Source: a virus
Taxonomy: Duplodnaviria > Caudoviricetes
Strand: one strand, 5' to 3'
DNA length: 33,716 nucleotides
Virus record (IMG/VR): IMGVR_UViG_3300016476_000924
Location: 1-33,716 of that record
A model generated the notes under the pieces. The model saw nothing but the letters and a program-made list of their open reading frames with translations, searched no databases and had not been told where the DNA came from. A program made the translations under genes and the position numbers. Shown here piece by piece: positions 1-7,239 of the stretch (its first letter is position 1; each line of letters starts with the position of its first letter).

Positions 1-32
1 TCTATCATCTTTGAAATATCTTCTGGATTCAC
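1..32 (-). CDS. 5' part of the next cassette ORF (MNPEDISKMI...), runs off the window edge
   Basis: GTG at 32-30 inside the junction repeat (AAGTGA overlap), preceded by GGAG; open to position 1. Confidence 0.7.
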   Translation of the reverse strand, partial: MNPEDISKMI

Positions 33-361
33 TTTTGCTCTCCTTTAATCTGCGAGAGTAGACTGCAAGCAAGACACTCTCCCGATTCGTTGTGTACTCT
101 GTCACCTTCGTGAGCAACGTGATTTTGGTCTATTAGTTGAATAATATCTAATTCTTTGGCGTAAGCACCATAAGCACAGTGACTACAGTCACACTTTCTA
201 GGCTCATCAATTTTTGTATTTGACTCTAATTCGTCCGTCAATCTAATTACAATCTGTACAAGCTCGCTGATTATAGTTTCCTGCCGAGGAAAAGCCTTAC
301 CAAATTCAACCCCAATGGCGTTTAGATGTCTGCGTATGTGCTCTATGCGGTAACTACTCAC
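29..361 (-). CDS. Hypothetical cassette protein, Cys/His-rich, ends IKGEQK
   Basis: 110 aa; starts and stops in junction repeats; CDCSHC and CLAC motifs. Confidence 0.85.
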   Translation of the reverse strand: MSSYRIEHIRRHLNAIGVEFGKAFPRQETIISELVQIVIRLTDELESNTKIDEPRKCDCSHCAYGAYAKELDIIQLIDQNHVAHEGDRVHNESGECLACSLLSQIKGEQK

Positions 362-564
362 TTCTGCTCTCCTTTTCTCAAAACCGCCACGCTTTCGTTA
401 TACTTTTGACGCTCTTCTGCCATTTCTTTTCTAACTTGCTTGGTGATCCTAACAATCTCATCGATGGTCAACTGCTCATTATTTAAATCCATACCATCTT
501 CAAGGTCGTGGATTTCTTGGAGCAACTGTATTCGCCTTGCAGTTTCTTCTGGTTTATCACTCAC
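358..564 (-). CDS. Hypothetical cassette protein, ends RKGEQK
   Basis: 68 aa between two junction repeats. Confidence 0.85.
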   Translation of the reverse strand: MSDKPEETARRIQLLQEIHDLEDGMDLNNEQLTIDEIVRITKQVRKEMAEERQKYNESVAVLRKGEQK

Positions 565-710
565 TTCTGCTCTTCTTTGTCCTCATCAAAAGCCACAAAG
601 GTTGGTTTCAGACCAGAACCATTCAGCTCTGGGTAGCGTCTCGCCATGCGTTCAGCTTTGGCAATCATCCAAGCCTCCAGCTCTGGGTCAATAAGTTTTG
701 AGTCTGTCAC
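561..710 (-). CDS. Hypothetical cassette protein, 49 aa, not in the ORF track (MTDSKLIDPELEAW...DEDKEEQK)
   Basis: Hand-translated; GTG at 710 and TGA at 561, both in junction repeats. Confidence 0.85.
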   Translation of the reverse strand: MTDSKLIDPELEAWMIAKAERMARRYPELNGSGLKPTFVAFDEDKEEQK

Positions 711-1000
711 TTCTGCTCTCCTTTGATTAGTCCGTTTAGTTCAGCCATCCTTCTTATGACTGGTCTGTGCTTTATCAGTTCTGCAAAGAGCAGCTCATCG
801 TGAGTAGCTAAATAATCCAGCTCAATCGCAGGAAGGGTAAAGTCGCTATCGCCTGTGTGTGACCACAACTCTTCAGCTTCCTGCTTGGCAATTTGCTTAG
901 CATTTCTCATCATCATGTTGATAGTTGCTTGCCTGTGCTCAAAGGTCATGTCCTCTGGGCGAATCTTGGTTCCGTCACGCTGTGTCCATACAAGTGTCAC
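707..1000 (-). CDS. Hypothetical cassette protein, ends LIKGEQK
   Basis: 97 aa between two junction repeats. Confidence 0.85.
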   Translation of the reverse strand: MTLVWTQRDGTKIRPEDMTFEHRQATINMMMRNAKQIAKQEAEELWSHTGDSDFTLPAIELDYLATHDELLFAELIKHRPVIRRMAELNGLIKGEQK

Positions 1001-1338
1001 TTCTGCTCTCCTTTGATTAGGTTTTCCATAAACTCAATCACCCTAAAGCACTTGCTAGGGTCGTCAATGATTCCGCAAAGGTCTTGCGTATTGGACCACC
1101 TGATACCGTTCAAGATGCGCTCTCGGTCTTCTCGCACTGCATCCTGCGCTGCCTTCTGCCTGAGCATTTCATTGAGTCTGTCTACCTGCTCATCTAGACA
1201 ATCCGCACAAGCACACTCGTAGTCAGCAGGGTCGTGCTTATCGGTATCGCAGTCACACTTGACTACCTGATTTACGATGTTGTAAACGGTGTTGTCGTTG
1301 ACAATGTTTTCAGTTGTTGCGTTTGAGTTGTTGCTCAT
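997..1338 (-). CDS. Hypothetical Cys-rich cassette protein, ends LIKGEQK (start revised to ATG 1338)
   Basis: AAAGGA SD and TAATG coupling with the upstream 59-aa ORF; CDC and CACADC motifs. Confidence 0.8.
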   Translation of the reverse strand: MSNNSNATTENIVNDNTVYNIVNQVVKCDCDTDKHDPADYECACADCLDEQVDRLNEMLRQKAAQDAVREDRERILNGIRWSNTQDLCGIIDDPSKCFRVIEFMENLIKGEQK

Positions 1339-1517
1339 TAGTTCTTTCCTTTTGTTAGTTCTTCTACTGTTTCCCATTTGCTACCATTCCAGATTGCAGG
1401 CTCGCCCTCCTCTGGGACAAGCGCTGCTTTCCAGTCGAGGCCCGTTTCATCTCTGTCATCAAAGCCGACAATCTGCATCCTAAATCCACGAACCTGTCCC
1501 ACTGCTATGCCATTCAC
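1338..1517 (-). CDS. Hypothetical protein, 59 aa, not in the ORF track (MNGIAVGQVRG...ELTKGKN)
   Basis: GTG at 1517 in a junction repeat; TAA at 1340-1338 overlaps the next ATG. Confidence 0.8.
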   Translation of the reverse strand: MNGIAVGQVRGFRMQIVGFDDRDETGLDWKAALVPEEGEPAIWNGSKWETVEELTKGKN

Positions 1518-1738
1518 TTCTGCTCTCCTTCAATTAGTGCCATTGCCAGGGCAACACCTTCTATGTGGCTGTATTCATCTAGCAACTTGATAATGCGTTT
1601 TTCAGTTGCCTTGACAATCGCATCAAACAAGATACCTGCACCATCAAAGTTGCCGTAAGCGTCAAGGAAGGTGTAAGCAAGCTGTCGCTTTAAGTTTTCT
1701 AGGTCATCTGCATCAATAATTGAATTTAGATCGCTCAC
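1514..1738 (-). CDS. Hypothetical cassette protein with RIIKLL motif, ends LIEGEQK
   Basis: 74 aa between junction repeats. Confidence 0.85.
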   Translation of the reverse strand: MSDLNSIIDADDLENLKRQLAYTFLDAYGNFDGAGILFDAIVKATEKRIIKLLDEYSHIEGVALAMALIEGEQK

Positions 1739-2124
1739 TTCTGCTCTCCTTCTGTCTCGCAGGGTTCAACCAAACTGCACTCACCGCAGTATTCATGGCG
1801 AGTTCCACAGTCGCAAGGTGCGCCAAATACTTCAATTTCATGCGTATGGCTTGCTTTGTTCTCTACATTGATAAGAGCGATTACATCTGGCAATAGGTCA
1901 TCCCAATAGCCGCATTCATAGCAGTAAGCAAGTCCATTATCCATGCCAGCTAGTTTGCTCTCTAGCAGTTTGATAATGCGAGCCTCAGCCTGAGCCGTAA
2001 TCTCGGCATCGTGTTTTTCAAGCCAAGAATGAAACTCACGGAAAGAAACAAGGTTGCCTTCCGTATCCCTAGCAATTTGATACGCTGCCCTAATTACGCC
2101 AGTCGTCGGTATGTATTCACTCAC
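1735..2124 (-). CDS. Hypothetical cassette protein with RIIKLL motif and CxxC clusters, ends TEGEQK; possible two-cassette fusion
   Basis: 129 aa; internal IALINVENK resembles a decayed junction. Confidence 0.85.
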   Translation of the reverse strand: MSEYIPTTGVIRAAYQIARDTEGNLVSFREFHSWLEKHDAEITAQAEARIIKLLESKLAGMDNGLAYCYECGYWDDLLPDVIALINVENKASHTHEIEVFGAPCDCGTRHEYCGECSLVEPCETEGEQK

Positions 2125-2396
2125 TTCTGCTCTCCTTTGATTGGAACTAACTTAGTAACATCTCTACCGCCAACCCAAACACGAACGCTCCCATCCAACA
2201 CTTTAAGCTCGTCCTGCTTTGCCTTTGCGATAGTGGCGTAAACTTCTTGCCAAGTCCAAGGATCCTTACGCTCCTCGAATCCCAAGAGAATGGACTCAAC
2301 CTTCTCAACAGCCATAGTCCAACCGTTGTGGTAGCCAGTATCGTACTCCTCAGCCATTGCCAAGCCAAGGTCTTTCTCGGTGTACTTCTTAATCAT
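2121..2396 (-). CDS. Hypothetical protein, first member of the array, ends IKGEQK
   Basis: 91 aa; ATGA overlap with the upstream gene. Confidence 0.85.
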   Translation of the reverse strand: MIKKYTEKDLGLAMAEEYDTGYHNGWTMAVEKVESILLGFEERKDPWTWQEVYATIAKAKQDELKVLDGSVRVWVGGRDVTKLVPIKGEQK

Positions 2397-2656
2397 CTAC
2401 TTACCTTTCTAATTCTGGCTATGAGATCTGACTTGAATTCGCTGATCATTTCATCGCCGTCTTCATCAATATACGCCAGGCTTTCAACAATGTCAACTAT
2501 TTTTTCAATAGCCCTGGCTTCTCCGTAACAGATCGGACAAGTAAACATCTCGGAGTAGTAGTACTCACAGACCTTGCAGAACTTACGCTCATTCAGAGTG
2601 CGGTCAGCGACCTCTGGTTTCTTTCCCCAGACTTCGGCTCTCCGCGGATCTGACAT
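2393..2656 (-). CDS. Hypothetical zinc-ribbon protein
   Basis: CKVC...CPIC; coupled to the downstream gene. Confidence 0.75.
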   Translation of the reverse strand: MSDPRRAEVWGKKPEVADRTLNERKFCKVCEYYYSEMFTCPICYGEARAIEKIVDIVESLAYIDEDGDEMISEFKSDLIARIRKVSR

Positions 2657-2657
2657 T

Positions 2658-2804
2658 TTAGTAACTTCTTCCTATCCAAAACACAAATACATGCTTACCC
2701 CAGTAGATATCTAAAGCTTTCCGCTTAGGGTGAGACTCAAAGAATATACCATAGTATTTAGTTACGTGCAACCTATCTGGTCCGTAGTGCCTAAATCTGA
2801 TCAT
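2658..2804 (-). CDS. Hypothetical protein, 48 aa, not in the ORF track (MIRFRHYGPD...FWIGRSY)
   Basis: Hand-translated; fills the gap exactly between neighbours. Confidence 0.65.
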   Translation of the reverse strand: MIRFRHYGPDRLHVTKYYGIFFESHPKRKALDIYWGKHVFVFWIGRSY

Positions 2805-3219
2805 TCCTATTCCTCACATAAAACGGGTTGGTAGCCTGTGCTCCACACTTGCATTTTGCAGTTTGGACGTTTGGCTCAAAATCAAAGCCGCAGTGGTGGT
2901 CTTCGAGCATACGAGCTCTTCTTTTAGATATTTCAGGATCTGCAGCTAGGTTTTTATAGCCTAGTTCAAGATCTGCATCTAGCAGTTTTCGATTAATCAA
3001 AACATCAAGTGCACGCATAACGCAGGCATATGCTCCCTCACCATATCTGTGTAGGAACGCTTCTCCGCGTTCTTTCCAATCCTCTACCGAGATCGGCTTT
3101 TCGCCAGTTACAGCCAGATATACATTGACGCTCTCTGGTCTCGTATCACCCTCAATACGACCAATGTGCACCGTCTCAAGGACTTCATCGTTGATAGCAA
3201 TACTTACGTGTATTGGCAT
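2791..3219 (-). CDS. Hypothetical protein with C-terminal Cys/His motif
   Basis: TAATG coupling at 3219 after GAGGAG; HHCG...CKCG. Confidence 0.75.
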   Translation of the reverse strand: MPIHVSIAINDEVLETVHIGRIEGDTRPESVNVYLAVTGEKPISVEDWKERGEAFLHRYGEGAYACVMRALDVLINRKLLDADLELGYKNLAADPEISKRRARMLEDHHCGFDFEPNVQTAKCKCGAQATNPFYVRNRNDQI

Positions 3220-3671
3220 TACCACTCCTCTTTAGAAGCTTGATACCCAATAGGCTCAGCGCAGGTGTTGCACAAAGTCTTGTACCAGCCACTGTTGTAT
3301 TTGATGCCAACAGTTGGATCGTACTTAACCCCCCGACTGGGTATTGAGCACCTAGAGCTATTGCCACAGATCTCGCAAGTAAATGCAGATAGCTGCTCCG
3401 CGTTCTGAACTACATCATCCATGATGTCTAGAACAACCTTCTTTTGGATCAGAGGCTCGTAGTAAAACCTGAGTGTCCCATACTTCTCTTTAACCTGGTT
3501 GATCTTGTAGTTAAAGTCCAAATACTTGAGCTTTGTGTTTAGGTCCTCCAGGATCCAATCCCAGCCAGGACCGCAATCTATCCATTTACCCCACTGGGCA
3601 GGGATTCTTTCAATAATCTCTCTGCGAACTTCTGATTCTATTTCATCACTGTTTGTCATCGGGGATTCCAT
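3219..3671 (-). CDS. Conserved phage hypothetical protein (QVKEKYGTLRFY ... CEICG ... GWYKTLC), probable Zn-binding
   Basis: Motif typical of a widespread phage family; start may be ATG 3659. Confidence 0.8.
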   Translation of the reverse strand: MESPMTNSDEIESEVRREIIERIPAQWGKWIDCGPGWDWILEDLNTKLKYLDFNYKINQVKEKYGTLRFYYEPLIQKKVVLDIMDDVVQNAEQLSAFTCEICGNSSRCSIPSRGVKYDPTVGIKYNSGWYKTLCNTCAEPIGYQASKEEW

Positions 3672-3804
3672 TCGTAATCTTAAAAAAGCTTAGATCGTTT
3701 GCAGCTTCCTTTGCAAGCTTAGTGCCCATCTCTGTTAGCATTTTTGCAACTTCAAGCTTGGCGTAAATTTCAGCTATTTGTTTTTCCGAGTAGTTTTCTT
3801 GCAT
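3646..3804 (-). CDS. Hypothetical protein, 52 aa, not in the ORF track (MQENYSEKQIAEIY...)
   Basis: Hand-translated; fills the gap and overlaps both neighbours. Confidence 0.6.
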   Translation of the reverse strand: MQENYSEKQIAEIYAKLEVAKMLTEMGTKLAKEAANDLSFFKITNGIPDDKQ

Positions 3805-4162
3805 TTGTAATTCGTCTTTCTCTTATTTTTGTTAGAAGATCTTCTGCCCACTTTTTTGTAACTTTGTCAGTAATGGCGTCTGCTTCTTTTGCTATGAAAT
3901 TTATTAATTGACCAGATTCGTTGTCAATGCCTTTTCGATATGCATCGTTATGTCTATCTGCATACCACGCCCAGGTTGAGAAATATAGACCGCAGCTTAT
4001 ACAGCGATCATCATTCGTGACGCTTTTTTTCGTAAAGTCAGCTTTACCGTCAAGATCCATAGCAAATCTATGGTTGGCGCAGCGTTCAGGTTTAAATATG
4101 TAACTAGCTTTAGGGTAGACCGGAGACTCAATCTCTTCAGTCTTGCTCTTCCTCGCTGGCAT
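3770..4162 (-). CDS. Hypothetical protein
   Basis: 130 aa; CANH...CISC. Confidence 0.75.
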   Translation of the reverse strand: MPARKSKTEEIESPVYPKASYIFKPERCANHRFAMDLDGKADFTKKSVTNDDRCISCGLYFSTWAWYADRHNDAYRKGIDNESGQLINFIAKEADAITDKVTKKWAEDLLTKIRERRITNARKLLGKTNS

Positions 4163-4481
4163 TCTTGACCATCTCCCGAATAATGTTGATCACCATTTTG
4201 GCGTCTTCTTCGGAGTCTACCAGCTTCTCTTCTAAATTGTCAAGTATTCCTAAAAATCTTTTTTCAGCTAGTTTTTCTCCTAGCTCAAACCAAGATTCTC
4301 CCGCAGCATCAGCTAGAGCATCAATAGCTTTTATAGCTTCTTGTTTTCTTAGAATGGCTTTTGCAATGCTGAATTCCCAAAGCTCTAGGTCCCCTTCTTC
4401 AAACGTAGAAAAAGTTGACCCCTTTGGGCCGGTTACCACTTCTGGTAGCTCTCCAACATACTCAAAGTCATTAATGCTCAT
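4137..4481 (-). CDS. Hypothetical acidic protein, probably leaderless
   Basis: TGcTAGGCT -10 box 6 nt upstream of ATG 4481. Confidence 0.75.
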   Translation of the reverse strand: MSINDFEYVGELPEVVTGPKGSTFSTFEEGDLELWEFSIAKAILRKQEAIKAIDALADAAGESWFELGEKLAEKRFLGILDNLEEKLVDSEEDAKMVINIIREMVKNASEEEQD

Positions 4482-4507
4482 GAGCACAGCCTAGCATAAA
4501 AGCTTGG

Positions 4508-5200
4508 TTAGTCCAAATCTTTCCAGGAGAAAGAGTCACCTAAACCACAAGGCTCTCCGCTCAATCGAAGCTCCTCTTCTTTTGCAGCCTTTATTCTTTT
4601 CTCTTCTTCGGCTGCCCAGTGGGCCTCTTTTTCCTTTTTTTCTTCTTCGGACAATTTAGCCCACTCCTCTGCCGCTTTCATTTCTATACTGTGCCGTTCC
4701 AAAACCTGATCGTAAATTACATCTATCACGGCTGGAATACCGGTTACCTCAGACGAGTCAAAATTTATTTGCCCACCGTGAATTGTCAATAAACTCTGCA
4801 AATAGTCTTTATGAAGATCCCGCATAACCGGGTCAGGGATTATGTAGTAAAACTTATTTCCCTTTTTAATCATGTCAAAAATAAGATTCTTAGAGTCTTC
4901 GTTGTAGTCCATACAATCGACCACAATGTTGTGGCCCCCAGAGTCTAGAAGCCATTCAAGATCTCCACCAAAGGGCGTAAACCTATCAGTGTTTTCAGTT
5001 CCATCAGCCAAAACTTGCAACCAATTGTCTTTGGTGTACTCAATTGTGGTAATCAGATCTTGGTATTTCGGATCATTGCTGTCTCTGACATGGATGCAGT
5101 GAAGCTTGAATTCGTTATTGTAATCTTCGTAAGACTTAATCTTGGAAACTAGGGATCGCGCAAGCTTTCCGTAGCCAAGTATGCAAATACTAGTAGCCAT
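4508..5200 (-). CDS. Rossmann-fold protein resembling the NAD-binding domain of homoserine dehydrogenase, with a charged tail
   Basis: ICILGYGKLA, IHVRD, IVVDCM; no recognisable catalytic domain. Confidence 0.55.
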   Translation of the reverse strand: MATSICILGYGKLARSLVSKIKSYEDYNNEFKLHCIHVRDSNDPKYQDLITTIEYTKDNWLQVLADGTENTDRFTPFGGDLEWLLDSGGHNIVVDCMDYNEDSKNLIFDMIKKGNKFYYIIPDPVMRDLHKDYLQSLLTIHGGQINFDSSEVTGIPAVIDVIYDQVLERHSIEMKAAEEWAKLSEEEKKEKEAHWAAEEEKRIKAAKEEELRLSGEPCGLGDSFSWKDLD

Positions 5201-5817
5201 TATCCGTTCTCAAAGTATGCTCGGTTGTCGGAGACGTTCCCACGCTTCCCCCAGAAGAAAACAATATTTCTTCTCTCTCCACCATGGACCATTTCAACTC
5301 CGTGCCTATGCTCTATGTCACCCTTAAATAGTAAGAGACCGCCCATCTTGGGTTCGTATACAAGATCAAAAACAGGGAAGTCAATTCTTCCACCTTGGAA
5401 TTCTTCTCCATAGTTGCTCAGGTAGAGTAGTCCACTAAATTCAATCTCTTCTGGCTCTCCATCATCTTGAATTGGAGTTCCATCCAAATTGACGGTGTCA
5501 GCATGCAGTGGGTTCTCACCGCCTTTTGTCATGAGCTGATAGTTTGACTGACAAAGATCTAGTTCCTGGGAAAAGTAGCTCTCGGCCTCTCTCTTAATCC
5601 GCTCATAGAGTGCCCCTAGTTCTTTATTGATCGGATCTTGATTACCGGAAATAACACCAGTAGTGGCGTCTACTTTAGATGCTTCAAGAGATGTCGGATA
5701 GCCCAAAGCTCCTGCAATACCTTCTCTAGAAGTTTCGGCTACAAACTGATCTAAGAACCCCCTATAGCGCATGCAGTCTTCTACAGAGATGTAGTTTTCA
5801 ATAATTTTTACGGCCAT
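5200..5817 (-). CDS. 2OG-Fe(II) oxygenase (prolyl-4-hydroxylase-like)
   Basis: HAD ... LYL ... GG.I.F ... HRHGV ... GERR. Confidence 0.9.
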   Translation of the reverse strand: MAVKIIENYISVEDCMRYRGFLDQFVAETSREGIAGALGYPTSLEASKVDATTGVISGNQDPINKELGALYERIKREAESYFSQELDLCQSNYQLMTKGGENPLHADTVNLDGTPIQDDGEPEEIEFSGLLYLSNYGEEFQGGRIDFPVFDLVYEPKMGGLLLFKGDIEHRHGVEMVHGGERRNIVFFWGKRGNVSDNRAYFENG

Positions 5818-5826
5818 GCGGCTATT

Positions 5827-6000
5827 TTACACGTCTATTTTGTATACCACTCTGGAGATAGCGTGCCAAGGGAAAAGAGACAGCCTGTCCGAATTTCCAC
5901 CAATATGTAGGTAAATTCCGTACGGAACCTCGCTGGCAACAATGCCTTCAAAGACCATACCATCTGTCATCATTACTGACGCCCATCTATTGTTATTCAT
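5827..6000 (-). CDS. Putative Sm/Hfq-like small protein, 57 aa, not in the ORF track
   Basis: MNNNRWASVMMTDGMVFEGIVASEVPYGIYLHIGGNSDRLSLFPWHAISRVVYKIDV; Sm1-like pattern and HAIS motif. Confidence 0.6.
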   Translation of the reverse strand: MNNNRWASVMMTDGMVFEGIVASEVPYGIYLHIGGNSDRLSLFPWHAISRVVYKIDV

Positions 6001-6190
6001 CTATATTCCGTTCTTCCCAAAGCCTTTCGATCAGCTCAGCAGTATCAAATCTTCGCACTGCCCGAGTATTGACCCCCGGCTGGGAGCTAACCTGGACTAT
6101 CTCTAAGCCCTCAGCTTTATATCTGTGGAGAGCCTCCATGATTCTTTTGCGCTCGGCTTTTACTCCTCGCTCAAACTCACTCTCCGTCAT
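5993..6190 (-). CDS. Hypothetical protein (MTESEFERGVKAERKRIMEAL...)
   Basis: Start revised to ATG 6190, overlapping the upstream gene end. Confidence 0.7.
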   Translation of the reverse strand: MTESEFERGVKAERKRIMEALHRYKAEGLEIVQVSSQPGVNTRAVRRFDTAELIERLWEERNIDE

Positions 6191-6527
6191 TGCTGCCCTT
6201 AATCGAACTGTTTTCAGCATACTCTAGAACATCTTCTAGAACCTCAAACCCTACATCTTCTTGTATGTCAAGGCCTGCTAAAAGTAACCTAAAAGCCTCA
6301 TTAACAAAATTGGCAGCGATAGGGAAGGTGTCTTCGGTCACTTCATCAATTTGTTCGTTTAGGAGAAGCCCGTGAGACACCAAGTATGCAATAGGGAGAC
6401 CAAGATCGTTATAGGCAATATATTCTTGCCACTCTTTATCTTCTCGGTAATCTAGCCAGACTTTAGCTAAAATCTCGCACTTATATCTAAAGTCAGTCTG
6501 ACTCTCCACCCTGAACTCCTTCTCCAT
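6177..6527 (-). CDS. Hypothetical protein
   Basis: 116 aa, overlaps neighbours in an operon. Confidence 0.8.
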   Translation of the reverse strand: MEKEFRVESQTDFRYKCEILAKVWLDYREDKEWQEYIAYNDLGLPIAYLVSHGLLLNEQIDEVTEDTFPIAANFVNEAFRLLLAGLDIQEDVGFEVLEDVLEYAENSSIKGSNDGE

Positions 6528-6681
6528 GGCATTCGCATTTACATCTATGCCCTGGAAACTCTACTCTACACGTATCATGATGTCCAGTGCTACACCATCC
6601 AAACATTACAACTTTTTCTTCGCCTTCTCTAACAATAGGGGCGTCTACTACTTTTGCTCTAGTATTTTTTCTAGGAGGCAT
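6493..6681 (-). CDS. Small Cys/His-rich hypothetical protein
   Basis: WCSTGHHDTC...CKCECH. Confidence 0.7.
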   Translation of the reverse strand: MPPRKNTRAKVVDAPIVREGEEKVVMFGWCSTGHHDTCRVEFPGHRCKCECHGEGVQGGESD

Positions 6682-6682
6682 C

Positions 6683-7120
6683 CTACAAAGCGACCTTAAC
6701 TACTGCCTTATACATAAAGCTGTTTGTTGCAATCATGTCATGGTTCTCTTTGGCTCTAAGGAAGTAGTCTGAAGCTTCCTCGAAGGTCTCGAATAGCTTT
6801 ATGAAAACCTGCAGGTGCTGAAGGTTGTTTGTCTTACCGTTGTGCTCGGAGTAGTAGACCTCAGACCAGCGCTCTGACATAACAGCCCAATCGCCAGACC
6901 CTTCCGGATATACACGATTCAAGTGCGCGTTTGATCCGTTGTGACTGTACTTCTTACCGATAGCACACTCGAAGAAAGTCCTCGAGTTCTTGTGCGACTT
7001 ATTACACTGACAGTTGCTCCATGTGATTACTGGAGCTTTTTCCTTCTTCGGCTCTTTCTTTTTCCAAGGCTCGATGTGCTCTGCCTTGGCGACAAGATCA
7101 GACCAGTTCATTTCTGCCAT
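6683..7120 (-). CDS. Hypothetical protein
   Basis: 145 aa; CQC..H motif; GAGG SD. Confidence 0.75.
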   Translation of the reverse strand: MAEMNWSDLVAKAEHIEPWKKKEPKKEKAPVITWSNCQCNKSHKNSRTFFECAIGKKYSHNGSNAHLNRVYPEGSGDWAVMSERWSEVYYSEHNGKTNNLQHLQVFIKLFETFEEASDYFLRAKENHDMIATNSFMYKAVVKVAL

Positions 7121-7122
7121 GA

Positions 7123-7239
7123 TTACTTCCTCTTATTAATTCTCTCTAGGATCCACCAAACACCAAGAATACCGAAAGCAACAAAGTAAGCCCATGCGCT
7201 CGATACCTCGGTGTGCATGTAATTCATGAAATCAGTCAT
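7123..7239 (-). CDS. Small single-pass membrane protein (38 aa from ATG 7239)
   Basis: AWAYFVAFGILGVWWIL hydrophobic stretch with basic tail; TAATG coupling. Confidence 0.65.
   Translation of the reverse strand: MTDFMNYMHTEVSSAWAYFVAFGILGVWWILERINKRK

Larger units (their letters stand above)
29..2138 (-). repeat. 8 dispersed copies of a gene-junction repeat, + strand TCACTTCTGCTCTCCTT (minus AAGGAGAGCAGAAGTGA), at 29, 358, 561, 707, 997, 1514, 1735 and 2121
   Basis: Six exact 17-mers; copies at 29 and 561 carry one mismatch each; copies at 705-730 and 995-1020 are identical over 26 nt. Confidence 0.97.

Noticed and set aside
997-1377. Upstream start at 1377 (similarly 6220, 7308, 12671, 19622, 20384, 25448 for other genes)
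   Set aside because: Each extends into another gene or a terminator; internal starts with SD or stop/start coupling fit better
29-2138. CRISPR array or classical integron interpretation of the junction repeats
   Set aside because: Spacing is 146-517 bp and irregular, the intervals are intact ORFs, the repeat is non-palindromic and coding, and there is no cas gene, attC-like hairpin or tyrosine integrase in the window
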